Part shown: one piece after another, positions 21,566 through 31,100 of the stretch
Layout of the letters: every line of letters begins with the position of its first letter
Numbering within the stretch: position 1 is the first letter of the stretch
DNA from: Vicinamibacteria bacterium
GTDB lineage: Bacteria > Acidobacteriota > Vicinamibacteria > Marinacidobacterales > Marinacidobacteraceae
Length of the DNA: 64,000 nt
Direction of reading: 5' to 3'
Assembly: GCA_965232015.1 (NCBI GenBank)
Contig: OZ246946.1
Location: 3,564,630-3,628,629, forward strand
The notes under the pieces: model-generated
The model's input: the letters and a program-made list of their open reading frames with translations, nothing else
The model's database searches: none
Told to the model about the DNA's origin: nothing
Translations under genes and position numbers: made by a program

Positions 21566-23533
21566 TCAATGGATCCGGGTGAGCAGGAACTCCTCGAAGA
21601 AGTCCAGCATGTCGTGCAGCTTGGCGATCGTGTTGTCCCGGCCGTAGACGTAGTAGCCCTCGCCCGGGTAGGCCCGGTAGCGGACGATCTTGTAGTGCTG
21701 ATCCAGCTTGCGGGCGAAGGTCAACGCGGCCTGGGGTTGCGGTTCGCGAAGCCTCCAGTCGGCGGCCACGCCTTCGCCCTGGATGACGAACGTGGGCGTT
21801 GTCACCTGGTGCGCCTTCAGGATCGCCGAGCTGTTGCGGTAGATCTCCTCGTTCTCCGGGTAGGGGCCGAGCTCGTACTCGACCAGCTTGATGTGCTGGA
21901 GTTCCTGGACCGTGGAGTGGAACTCGGTCATGTCGCCGTAGCCGGACAGCGAGATCGCCGCCTGGAACACCTCGGGAGCGAAAGCGACCGCCGCCATGGT
22001 CATGATCCCGCCGTAGCTGGTGCCCGTGACCCCGATCCGCTCCGGGTCCACATCGGGCAGCGACTTCAGGAAGTCCACGCCCGCGAGCATGTCCTCGAGG
22101 TCGCAGTGGCCCCAGCAGCCGTTGTTGAGATCCTCGAAGGCGAGGCCGTAGCCCGAGCTGCCCCGGATGTTCGGCATGAGGACGACGTAGCCGCGCTGGG
22201 CGAAGAAGTGGACCTGCTGGTGCCGCCGGAACTGGTCGTCGAACTGGGAGGTCGGGCCGCCGTGGATCCACACGACGCCCGGGAAGCGCTCGCCCTCCGC
22301 GGCATCCGGCGGGCGGTGGAGGTAGGCCTCGATCGTCAGGCCGTCGGTGCTCGGGTAGCGGACGCGCTCCGGCGCATGGAGTCGGTCGGCGGCTTCCTCG
22401 ACGGTCTCGGAGTGGATCAGCGCGCTCTCCCCGGACGCGACATCGAATACGAGCAGCTCGGCCGGGCGGGTGGGCGTCTCGAACGTGTAGCTGATCCGAC
22501 TGCCGTCCGGCGACCACTCCGCTCGCAGCGCCGCCCCCGACTCCGCTTCCACCAGGGTTCGCTGCGAGGACCCGTCGGCCGCTGCGAGGCGGAGCGAGTG
22601 GACTCCGTCGCGGTTCTCGGTGTAGCTGATCCACGCCCCGTCGGGGGACCAGCGGGCGTCGCTCTGGTCGTGGTCGGAGGCGGCGACCGGGCGCGGCTCC
22701 CCGCCCTCGCGGGGGGCGATCCAGAAGTTCAGCCAGCCGCTTCGCTGCGAGCGGAAGAGGAGCCAGTCGCCGTCGGGCGACGGCTGGACCGACCCGAACG
22801 CCCGCCCGGCGCGGTAGTCGAAAAAGCCCCGATCCGCGATCACCGTGCGCGGGCTCCCTCCGTCCGGCGCGATCTCGATCACGTCGTGATCCACCCAGCG
22901 GTCGTCCATCCGGACGTAGAACAGCGCCTCCCCATCCGGCGACCAGCTCGGATAGCCCTCGTAGAGCGGGTCGTCGGTGAGGCGATGGACCTCCCCCCCC
23001 GGGACCGAGACTCTCCAGATGTCCATGGTCCCGAAGCGGTCTCCGGCGAACGCGATCCACTCGCCGTCGGGGGACCACGCGAGTCCGTTCGCCCGCGCCG
23101 AGAGCCGGGTGAGCCTCCGGTCGCTCCCGTCTTCGGCGGACCAGAGCCAGATGTCGGGGGCGCCACCCTTGTCGGAGGTGTAGGCGACGAAGCGTCCGTC
23201 CGGCGACCAGATCGGCTGCGGCGCGCCCAGCGAGCCGACTCCGCTCAGGCTCAGGTCCTCGGTCAGCACCCGGAACTCCCCGTTCGCCGGATCCACGCCC
23301 GCGAGGTCGCCGTCCGCCGAGACGAACGTGATCAGCGACCCGTCGGGCGCCCACTTGGGGGAATGACTCCCACCCATGGCGGCGCGGAGGTCCACCAGTG
23401 CGGCGGCCTCGATGGGACCGGAGGCGAGTTCGGTGTCATCGCTGCGCGCCGCGGCGTCCCCGCCCGGCGAACACCCGACCGAGAGCGCGAGCGCGCCGCC
23501 CGCGAACAGGCCTGGAATCCGGTGGTGTCTCAT
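21566..23533 (-). CDS. S9 family peptidase with TolB/PD40 beta-propeller (likely lipoprotein)
   Basis: Repeated WSPDG, WIHGGP, NIRGSSGYG, GTSYGG nucleophile; ALSVGC lipobox-like. Confidence 0.9.
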   Translation of the reverse strand: MRHHRIPGLFAGGALALSVGCSPGGDAAARSDDTELASGPIEAAALVDLRAAMGGSHSPKWAPDGSLITFVSADGDLAGVDPANGEFRVLTEDLSLSGVGSLGAPQPIWSPDGRFVAYTSDKGGAPDIWLWSAEDGSDRRLTRLSARANGLAWSPDGEWIAFAGDRFGTMDIWRVSVPGGEVHRLTDDPLYEGYPSWSPDGEALFYVRMDDRWVDHDVIEIAPDGGSPRTVIADRGFFDYRAGRAFGSVQPSPDGDWLLFRSQRSGWLNFWIAPREGGEPRPVAASDHDQSDARWSPDGAWISYTENRDGVHSLRLAAADGSSQRTLVEAESGAALRAEWSPDGSRISYTFETPTRPAELLVFDVASGESALIHSETVEEAADRLHAPERVRYPSTDGLTIEAYLHRPPDAAEGERFPGVVWIHGGPTSQFDDQFRRHQQVHFFAQRGYVVLMPNIRGSSGYGLAFEDLNNGCWGHCDLEDMLAGVDFLKSLPDVDPERIGVTGTSYGGIMTMAAVAFAPEVFQAAISLSGYGDMTEFHSTVQELQHIKLVEYELGPYPENEEIYRNSSAILKAHQVTTPTFVIQGEGVAADWRLREPQPQAALTFARKLDQHYKIVRYRAYPGEGYYVYGRDNTIAKLHDMLDFFEEFLLTRIH

Positions 23534-24900
23534 GGCTCTCGTTCTCCTTCGTGGCTCTCGATGGTAGGCCCTGCCCGGTTGCTCCCACGACACGCAGCGC
23601 CGCCGGTCGTCGCCGTCGAGACCGGGAGGAGGTGGGTGAGTTCGGTGGCGGAGATCTGTGTGTTTCCGGTCAGCATGCGCATCCGACGGGCGACGCCTTC
23701 CTGGCGGAGGCGGTCGAGCAGGCCCGGCCAACGAACCCCGGGGCGGAAGCGGCCGTGCGCGCGGATCACGTTCACGTGGTTCTCGGCGAGGAAGCGCATG
23801 CCACCCGGAATCAGAGCGCAGCGCAGCTTCCCCTTTCCGACCGATCCGGTGACGCGGTTCACCACGATCGCCGGCCCCGTCAGCGGTGGGCGAAACGCCT
23901 CGATCCACGCCGGGCGCCGATGGTCGGGCGCGATCTGGAACTCCTCGCCGATGCAGTGCGGCCAGACGAGCGGCACCGCATCCGGAGATGCCTCCCGCAG
24001 CAGTTTGTCCCGGTGCTCGTTCCAGACGACCGAGCCGGTCACCGCCTCGTAGCCGAGGTCGAACAGCGTCCGGCGCCCCTCGAACTCCGCTGCGAGGGCC
24101 CGGGCGTCCTCGGCGAACACGGTCCGGCGGAAGCCGGCCTCGGGTCGGGTGCGCCGGAAGACGTGCCGCCCCGAATCGCGCGCGCCGCGCCGCAGCACGA
24201 GGAGCTGGACGGCCGTCTGCGCACCCGGGAACAGCGCGCTCCCGGGGTGGATCGCGAGGTGCTCCACGGCGCCGTGCTTCAGGATGGTCTCGCGGAGCCC
24301 GCCGAAGTAAGCCCCGTTGTTCATCGAGGGCGGGACGACGAACGCGAGCTGTCCCCCCGGCTTCAGCGCTTCGATCCCGACCTGGAAGAAGAGCGCGAAG
24401 AGGTTCACCCGCCCCGAGATCACCGCTGCGAACCTCCGCCGGATCTCCGGTGAGGCCCGGAACTGGAAGTAGGGCGGGTTCCCGATCACGAGGTCGAAGC
24501 GCGCTTCCGGGAACGGATCGAGCGCCGATCGCCGCATCAGCCGCGCCTCCGGGACCAGGCGGGCGGCGACTTCGAGGACCCCCGGATCCAGGTCCCACCC
24601 GTGGAGCTCCGCCGCCGGCTCGCGGTCCGCCACCGAGCGCAGGAACTCGCCGGTCCCCGCGCCCGGATCGAGGACGCGCATCCCCGGTTGGAGGTCGCAT
24701 CGGTCGAGGAGCTCGTCGCGGAGCGCTCTCGGGGTCATGTACTGCCCGAGCCGCCGCCGCGCCTCGGCGGTGGTGCTCGCGAGCCAGGCGCAGGTTTCCG
24801 GCGACAGTTGCCCGGGGAAGGGCGGGCGGGGCTCCGACCCGGTCGCCGCCCGGCGCGGTCGCGCGACCGGCGGCGGAGCAGCCGAGGGGAGGAGCGTCGA
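23530..24900 (-). CDS. Orphan N6-adenine DNA methyltransferase (start uncertain)
   Basis: LGQYMTP, VLDPGAGTGEFL (motif I), IGNPPY (motif IV). Confidence 0.8.
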   Translation of the reverse strand, partial: STLLPSAAPPPVARPRRAATGSEPRPPFPGQLSPETCAWLASTTAEARRRLGQYMTPRALRDELLDRCDLQPGMRVLDPGAGTGEFLRSVADREPAAELHGWDLDPGVLEVAARLVPEARLMRRSALDPFPEARFDLVIGNPPYFQFRASPEIRRRFAAVISGRVNLFALFFQVGIEALKPGGQLAFVVPPSMNNGAYFGGLRETILKHGAVEHLAIHPGSALFPGAQTAVQLLVLRRGARDSGRHVFRRTRPEAGFRRTVFAEDARALAAEFEGRRTLFDLGYEAVTGSVVWNEHRDKLLREASPDAVPLVWPHCIGEEFQIAPDHRRPAWIEAFRPPLTGPAIVVNRVTGSVGKGKLRCALIPGGMRFLAENHVNVIRAHGRFRPGVRWPGLLDRLRQEGVARRMRMLTGNTQISATELTHLLPVSTATTGGAACRGSNRAGPTIESHEGEREP

Positions 24901-24944
24901 GAGCGCCCGACGTCCCGGGCCGGCGGCCCGCCCGGGATCCCGGA

Positions 24945-25781
24945 TCAGGACCCGAGGTGTTCGCGGAAGAAGCGGACGGTCCGGGGCCAGGCCTGCATCG
25001 AGGCGGTCAGGTTCCGGCCTTCCCGTCCGTCCTGGGCGCGCAGGAAGCCGTGCCCGGCGCCGTCGAAGGTGTGGATCTCGAAGACCTTGCCGAGTTCGTC
25101 CATCCGCGCCTTGGCGTCCGGCACCGTCGCGTTCACCCGGGCGTCGTCCTCGCCGTAGAGGCCGAGCACCGGCGCCTCCAACCGCGCCAGCGCGTCGCCG
25201 TCGGGGGAGGTTCCGTAATAGACGACCGCCGCCCCGAGCCCCGGATCCACGGTCGCGAAGGTGAAGCTGGTGCGTCCGCCCCAGCAAAAGCCCACCACCC
25301 CGTACTCGGGTCGCGCCGCCGGAAGGGCGGTGGCCCAGGCGGCGACCGATCCGAGGCGGGCGTGGACCTCGGCCGCGTCCAGTCCGCGCACCAGCGCCAC
25401 CGCCCCGTCGCGGTCCACCGAGTCGGTGCGGCCTCCGTCCGGGCCCTTGCCGCTCAGCAGGTCGGGGGCGACCGCGATGAACCCGGCGGCGGCCGCTTCG
25501 TCGGCCACCGCCCGAATCCAGTCGGTGAGCCCGTAGATCTCGTGGATCACGACGACCACCGGGGCGCTGTCCGCCCGCTCCGGATAGACCACCCACGACT
25601 CCACCGGCCCGCTGTCGGTGGGAATCGAGACCCACTCCCCGTGCCGCGTGGAGACGTTGAGCCGATCGCGGGCGTCGTCGTTCGCCGGGGGGAGGAGCTG
25701 GGCGCCCGCGGTGGCGGAGACGCCGAGGACGAGAGCGAGAACGGAGGCGGCGGAGCGCGCGAGAACGCGGCGGAGGGGCAT
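24945..25781 (-). CDS. Dienelactone hydrolase family protein, secreted
   Basis: IHEIYGL, GFCWGG, GAGHGF; signal peptide. Confidence 0.9.
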   Translation of the reverse strand: MPLRRVLARSAASVLALVLGVSATAGAQLLPPANDDARDRLNVSTRHGEWVSIPTDSGPVESWVVYPERADSAPVVVVIHEIYGLTDWIRAVADEAAAAGFIAVAPDLLSGKGPDGGRTDSVDRDGAVALVRGLDAAEVHARLGSVAAWATALPAARPEYGVVGFCWGGRTSFTFATVDPGLGAAVVYYGTSPDGDALARLEAPVLGLYGEDDARVNATVPDAKARMDELGKVFEIHTFDGAGHGFLRAQDGREGRNLTASMQAWPRTVRFFREHLGS

Positions 25782-25920
25782 TTGCCGAGTATATTCCGGG
25801 CCGAGGCCCGCTCTCGCCCCGGCGCCGCCGCCTCCCGAACCCGCAAATGTCCCGAGACACGCCTCGCCTTCCGACCCCGACCGGGACCGGTCGCGCCTCG
25901 CCCCGGCCCGTCGCGGACGG

Positions 25921-26622
25921 ATGACCGGAATCGTCCGGGAGCGATGGGACTCCCCGCTGCTCGGATGGCTCACGGCCGTCTCCCTGATCGTCGCGCTGGG
26001 GATGGTGTTCCTGTACGCGCCGGAAGAGCGGACCATGGGCGACCTGCAGCGGCTCTTCTACTTCCACATCGCCTCGTGGTGGCTGGCCTTCGCCTCCTTC
26101 TTCGTGGTGGCGGGAGCGAGCGCGATGTGGCTCTGGAGGCGTCGGGCGTCGTACGACGCCGCGGCGCACGCCGCCGCCGAGATCGGGGTGCTGTTCACGA
26201 CGACCGGGCTCGCCATGGGGACGATCTGGGCCAGGCCGGCGTGGGGGATCTGGTGGACGTGGGACGCCCGGCTCACGACCGCGTTCGTGCTGTGGCTGAT
26301 CTACGTGGGCTACCTGCTCCTGCGCGGCGCGGTCGAGGATCCGGTGCGCCGCGCCAACCTCGCCGCCGCGCTCGGCATCCTGGGAGCGGCGGACGTGCCC
26401 ATCGTCTATTTCTCGATCCGGTGGTGGCGGACCCAGCACCCGGCCCCGGTCATCATGGGCGGTCCCGACTCGGGGCTCCATCCGGACATGTGGGTCGCGC
26501 TGCTCGTCTGCCTCGCCGCGTTCAGCGTGCTGTTCGCATGGCTCTACCGGTGGCGGATGCGGCTCGAGCGCGAATCGCTGGCGGTGGAGACGCTCCGGCA
26601 GCGGATCCTGGCGGCGGACTGA
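25921..26622 (+). CDS. ccmC: Heme exporter / cytochrome c biogenesis CcmC
   Basis: FYFHI, WARPAWGIWWTWDARLT (WWD), WWRTQHP. Confidence 0.9.
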   Translation: MTGIVRERWDSPLLGWLTAVSLIVALGMVFLYAPEERTMGDLQRLFYFHIASWWLAFASFFVVAGASAMWLWRRRASYDAAAHAAAEIGVLFTTTGLAMGTIWARPAWGIWWTWDARLTTAFVLWLIYVGYLLLRGAVEDPVRRANLAAALGILGAADVPIVYFSIRWWRTQHPAPVIMGGPDSGLHPDMWVALLVCLAAFSVLFAWLYRWRMRLERESLAVETLRQRILAAD

Positions 26623-26629
26623 GGTCCGG

Positions 26630-26767
26630 ATGGAGTTCCTCGTGGCCGGCTACGCGGCCTTTTTCGCGCTGCTCGGCGGCTACGTCCTCCGGCTCGCCCT
26701 GATGGGCCGCCGGCTCGAGCGCGAGCGGCGGCAGCTCGAGCGCACCGGGAATCGGCATCCGGAATGA
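26630..26767 (+). CDS. ccmD: CcmD-like small membrane protein; not in ORF track
   Basis: MEFLVAGYAAFFALLGGYVLRLALMGRRLERERRQLE, directly after ccmC. Confidence 0.7.
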   Translation: MEFLVAGYAAFFALLGGYVLRLALMGRRLERERRQLERTGNRHPE

Positions 26768-28131
26768 GCGTCGCCCCGCCGCCGACGGAGACGACCCGCT
26801 TCGCGACCCGCTTCGGGGCCGCCATGACCTTGATCGGCGTCGCCGTGGGCCTCGCCAACATCTGGCGCTTCCCCTACATGGCGGGTCAGTACGGGGGCGG
26901 GGCGTTCGTGCTGGTGTACATCGCCTTCGTCCTGCTCCTCGGGGTCCCGGCGCTGATCGCCGAGTGGTCGCTCGGTCGTTTCACCCGGGCGGGGCCCGGA
27001 GGCGCGTTCCGCCGGATCGGCATGCCAGGGGGCGGGGTGATCGGGTTCATCCTCTTCCTCACGGTGTTCATGGCGACCTCGTACTACACCGTGGTCGTGG
27101 CGCAGATCCTGTTCTACGCGGCGCGGGGAGGATCGGTCGGTGATCCGGAGGCGTTTTACGCCGCCAACTTCTCGGGCATCACCGCCCTGAATCTCGGCTG
27201 CACCGTCGTTGTCTTCGCCGCCATGGGAGGCGTCGCCGCGTTCGGCGTCCGCCGCGGCATCGAGCGCCTCTCGCGGATCGCCATGCCGCTCGTGGGCCTC
27301 GGGCTCCTGATCGTGGCGGTCCGGGCGGTCACGCTGCCGGGAGCGTCGGAAGGAGTCCGCTACCTGCTGTGGCCCGACTTCGAGCGGGTCACCTCCACGA
27401 CCTTCCTCGCCGCCCTCGGGCAGGCGTTTTTCAGCCTGTCGCTGGGGGGCACCTTCTTCCTCGCCTACGGCAGCTACCTCCCCCGCTCGGTGAACCTGCC
27501 CCGGCTGGCGGGCGCGACCGCGCTCGGCGACACCGGGGCCGCGATGCTCGGCTGGCTCGCGGTGATCCCGGCGGCGTTCGCCCTCGGGGTGGCGCCGGCG
27601 TCGGGTCCGGCGCTGCTGTTCTTCACGCTGCCGCGGGTCTTCGAGGCGATGCCGGGAGGCGCGCTGTTCGGCCCGATCTTCTTCCTCGCGCTCTTTCTCG
27701 CTGCGTTCCTGTCCGCGCTCGCGGCGCTCGAAGTCATCGTGAACTCGGCGACCGCGTGGACCCGGGAACGCGCCGAAGCCGGATCGGGCCTCTTCGCCGG
27801 CCTCTTCATGGGATGGAGGCGGCGCCACGTCATCCTCGCCGTCGTCTGTCTTCAGATCCCGTTGGCGATGCCCTCCATGGTGAGCGGCGATTACCTCGCC
27901 TGGAGCGATCTGCTGTGGGGTTCCACCATGCAGCCTCTCGGTTCTGCGTTCACGCTGATCGGTCTCGGGTTCTTCGTCTCGCGGGGACGCGCGCTGGCTG
28001 AGGCCGGGCGGGGCGCCGCGCACGCCCCGGGCGATGGGTGGCTCTTCTGGATTCGCTGGGTCGTGCCCGCCGGGATCCTGGTCGTCCTGGGGTGGGGATG
28101 GGCGGGCCCCATCGCGGAGCTGTTCTCGTGA
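26764..28131 (+). CDS. Sodium-dependent transporter (NSS/SNF family)
   Basis: AVGLANIWRFPY...YGGGAF, GQAFFSLSLG, GPALLF. Confidence 0.92.
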   Translation: MSVAPPPTETTRFATRFGAAMTLIGVAVGLANIWRFPYMAGQYGGGAFVLVYIAFVLLLGVPALIAEWSLGRFTRAGPGGAFRRIGMPGGGVIGFILFLTVFMATSYYTVVVAQILFYAARGGSVGDPEAFYAANFSGITALNLGCTVVVFAAMGGVAAFGVRRGIERLSRIAMPLVGLGLLIVAVRAVTLPGASEGVRYLLWPDFERVTSTTFLAALGQAFFSLSLGGTFFLAYGSYLPRSVNLPRLAGATALGDTGAAMLGWLAVIPAAFALGVAPASGPALLFFTLPRVFEAMPGGALFGPIFFLALFLAAFLSALAALEVIVNSATAWTRERAEAGSGLFAGLFMGWRRRHVILAVVCLQIPLAMPSMVSGDYLAWSDLLWGSTMQPLGSAFTLIGLGFFVSRGRALAEAGRGAAHAPGDGWLFWIRWVVPAGILVVLGWGWAGPIAELFS

Positions 28132-29063
28132 CGGATCCCCCCGCCGGGTTGCGGGTTCGGCATCACCGCCTCCACTTCTTCACCCGGGAGGCGTTGAAGC
28201 GCGTCCGACTCCCGACCATGCTGGCGTCCCAGACCGCCGATGCGCTGGTGGCCGCCAATCTGGTCGGGTCCGACGAGGACGGGGTGGCCTGGCTTCCGGA
28301 GCTGATCAACGGGATCTCCACCCGGCACCTGAATCCCGAACCGAGGATGCGGGTCGTCGCTTCCTCCGGCGCGGTGGCGGTTCTCGACGGGGACAATGCG
28401 CCCGGCCCCGCGGTGGCGCATCGCGCGATGATGGAGGCGGCCGCGCTCGCGAAGGCGCACGGAGTGGGTGCGGTCGGGGTCCGGCGGAGCAACCGGCCGG
28501 GGGCCATGGGCCACTTCGCCGGACTGGCCCTCCACAACAAGATGGCGGGGCTGGCGGTCACGACCGGTCCTCCGGCGCCGGCCGCGGAGACGGTCCTGCC
28601 GGCGGCGGCGCCGGTCCGGTTCGGTTGCGCCATCCCGCTGGCCGAGACCGCGCCGCCGCTCCGCCTCGACCTCGATCTCTCCGGGGACGAGGACGATGCC
28701 GGGCTCGGGCTGGCTCTCGAGACCCTCGTCCTGTTCGGCGGAGGCGCCCTCGCCTCCGAAATGGTCGCGGCAACCCGGCCGGAGCCGCTGCACCACGGGG
28801 TCGGCCACCTGTTTCTCGCGTTCCGGGTCCGCGCCTTCGCTCCCTGGGCCGGGTTCCGGAACCGGATGGTCGAGCGGCTGGAACACCTGCGCCGGGCCCG
28901 CATCGAGTGGCCCGGGCAGCGCGTCGCCGAAATCGAGGAAGGTCGCCGCACGTTCGGGATCCCCCTCGAAGCGGAAACGGCGGCGGATCTCGACCAACTC
29001 TCCCGCCGCTTCGACCTCGGGGCGGAGTGGCGGCGTCTGGTCTCGTCCGCCCGGCGGGCCTGA
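28128..29063 (+). CDS. Ldh_2 (malate/L-lactate/ureidoglycolate dehydrogenase)-like protein, degenerate
   Basis: VLDGDNAPG, AKAHGVGAVGVRRSN, GHLFLAF, PGQ; GTG overlaps upstream stop. Confidence 0.65.
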   Translation: MTDPPAGLRVRHHRLHFFTREALKRVRLPTMLASQTADALVAANLVGSDEDGVAWLPELINGISTRHLNPEPRMRVVASSGAVAVLDGDNAPGPAVAHRAMMEAAALAKAHGVGAVGVRRSNRPGAMGHFAGLALHNKMAGLAVTTGPPAPAAETVLPAAAPVRFGCAIPLAETAPPLRLDLDLSGDEDDAGLGLALETLVLFGGGALASEMVAATRPEPLHHGVGHLFLAFRVRAFAPWAGFRNRMVERLEHLRRARIEWPGQRVAEIEEGRRTFGIPLEAETAADLDQLSRRFDLGAEWRRLVSSARRA

Positions 29064-31097
29064 CTACCGGTGGACGAACGCAGCCGGCGCCCGGGGCCCG
29101 TTCTCGAGGAAGTTCCGGATGCCGATCCGCATGTCCTCGAGCGCGCAGCCCTCGGCGAACAGGCGGATTTCGAGTTCGAGACCGTCGCGGAGATCCCCCT
29201 TCGCCCCTTCGAGCACGGCGCGGCGGACCAGCGCGTCCACGGCGCGGGACCGATGCCCGATTTCGATGTCGGGGAGATCGCCGGGCGCGGGCAGCGGTCC
29301 GGAGGGCGGACGGGGCAGGGGAGCGCCCGCCGCCGCCTCGCGGACCCGTTCGACCGCCCGCGGTCGCAGCCGCTCGCCGGGGACCAGTTCCTCGACGAGG
29401 CCCAGCTCCAGCGCCTCGGCCGCTGACACCTGACGGGCCGAGCGGAGGAGGTCCCAGGCCGCCGCGATTCCCACCAGCCGGGGGAGGCGCTGGGTCCCTC
29501 CCGCCCCCGGGATGATCCCCAGGTTCGGCTCCGGCTGGGAGGCGACCACCGGCAGCCCCTCCCGTGCGATCCGCAGATGGCAGGCCATGGCCAGCTCGTT
29601 CCCGCCCCCGACCGCCATCCCGTTCAGGGCGCAGACCACGGGCTTGGGGAACGCCGCGATCCGGTCGAGCACCCGGTGGGAGGCCCGCGACACTCGCTCC
29701 CCGTCGGCGGGCGATGCGATTCGGGCCAGCATCCGGACGTCGGCGCCGGCCACGAACGCCTTGACGCCGAAGCCGGTCAGGACGACCCCGAGGATCCGGG
29801 GATCGGCCTCCGCCTCTCCGAACGCCTCCTCCAGCTCGGCGAGCAGATCCTGGTCGAGCGCCCCGAGCGCCTCCGGCCGTCGGATCACCAGCACGCGGAC
29901 CCCGTCGGCGTCCTCCCGCCGAATCCGCGACACCGGCCGGGCGGTCCAGGTCTCGATCTCGGCGAGGCACGGGTCCGGATCGAAAAACGCCGGCTCCCGC
30001 TCGCGGAAGGACCCGACGAGCGCCCGCACGCGAGCCGCGCCCAGCCGGCGCATCAGGCCGAAGGGACGCACCGCCGCCAGCGCGAGGTGGCAGCCCAGAT
30101 CCAGATCGGGGACCGAGATGGCGCGCTCCGCCGCCGTCCATGCCGCCAGCCCGACGTAGGCGGCGGTCATGCGGTCGGCGATGGCCTGCTCCCGGTCCGG
30201 CTCGACCTCGACCTCCTCGCCGCGGCCGGGGACATCCCAGACGCGGCCGCCGGGGTCTTCCACCGCGGCCCGTAGCAGCGCCGGCGTGCGAAACCAGGGG
30301 TGGAGTCTCGCGCCCATCTCCGGGAATCCCTCAGCGGCGATCGGGTTGCCCCCGGTGAGGTTCATCGCGGTGAACGGTCCGATGCCGAGCCGCAGCGTCC
30401 GGCGCGCGACGTCGTCCACTTCCCGGGTGCTTCCGAGCCCCTCCTCCACGGCGAGCGCGGCAGCGAGGAAGAGGCCCTCGAAGATCGGGTTCAGGGCGTG
30501 GCCGAAGCGATTCGCGACCGGCAGCGGGACCTTGCCGATCTCCTCGTAGAACCCGAGCAGCCACGGAACGAGCGCCGGCGCCCCCGGGGCGGCGGCGAGC
30601 TCGACGACCGGATTCCGCTCCGCCGGGAAGAAGTAGTGCGCCACCGCCGCGCGCCCCGGTTCCCGGAGCCCGGAGAACAACTCCGATGGCGGCAGATGGG
30701 AGGAGTTGGAGAGCAGGACCGTATCCGCCGACACGCGCTCCTCGGCGGCTGCGAAGATGCGGTGCTTCACGCGCAGGTCTTCGGAGGCCGCCTCGATCAC
30801 GAGGTCGGCGTCCCGGAGTCGGTCGTAGTCGGCGTCGAAGTCCACGGCGGCCCGCATCGCGTCGGCGCGCCCCGCCCGGAACGCGCCCGACCGCTGCCCC
30901 TTCTCGATCTTGGCGAACATCTTCCGTCGCCCGGAGGCGAGCGCGGCCTCCGAGATGTCGAGCACCAGCACCCGGGCCCCGCAGGAAGCGAGGGTCTTGA
31001 CCAGGTGGAGGGCGATGTCCGGCCCGATGTTGCCGGAGCCGATCACGGCGGCGCGGCGGATGGTCCGTCCGCGCCAGCGAAATCCCTCGTCGTCCAT
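29064..31097 (-). CDS. Bifunctional 3-hydroxyacyl-CoA dehydrogenase / enoyl-CoA hydratase (HAD N-terminal, ECH C-terminal)
   Basis: GSGNIG, VIEAASE, NSSHL; AFVAGAD, GGGNELAMACH, PGAGGTQRLPRLVG. Confidence 0.9.
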   Translation of the reverse strand: MDDEGFRWRGRTIRRAAVIGSGNIGPDIALHLVKTLASCGARVLVLDISEAALASGRRKMFAKIEKGQRSGAFRAGRADAMRAAVDFDADYDRLRDADLVIEAASEDLRVKHRIFAAAEERVSADTVLLSNSSHLPPSELFSGLREPGRAAVAHYFFPAERNPVVELAAAPGAPALVPWLLGFYEEIGKVPLPVANRFGHALNPIFEGLFLAAALAVEEGLGSTREVDDVARRTLRLGIGPFTAMNLTGGNPIAAEGFPEMGARLHPWFRTPALLRAAVEDPGGRVWDVPGRGEEVEVEPDREQAIADRMTAAYVGLAAWTAAERAISVPDLDLGCHLALAAVRPFGLMRRLGAARVRALVGSFREREPAFFDPDPCLAEIETWTARPVSRIRREDADGVRVLVIRRPEALGALDQDLLAELEEAFGEAEADPRILGVVLTGFGVKAFVAGADVRMLARIASPADGERVSRASHRVLDRIAAFPKPVVCALNGMAVGGGNELAMACHLRIAREGLPVVASQPEPNLGIIPGAGGTQRLPRLVGIAAAWDLLRSARQVSAAEALELGLVEELVPGERLRPRAVERVREAAAGAPLPRPPSGPLPAPGDLPDIEIGHRSRAVDALVRRAVLEGAKGDLRDGLELEIRLFAEGCALEDMRIGIRNFLENGPRAPAAFVHR

Positions 31098-31100
31098 CGC

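Noticed and set aside
21566-24700. 1044-aa S9 ORF as a large fusion protein
   Set aside because: The upstream part is an alternative frame over the methyltransferase; the real start with signal peptide and RBS is 23533.
23530-26481. 983-aa methyltransferase ORF
   Set aside because: The extension overlaps the dienelactone hydrolase and ccmC in other frames; a stop-poor GC-rich shadow.
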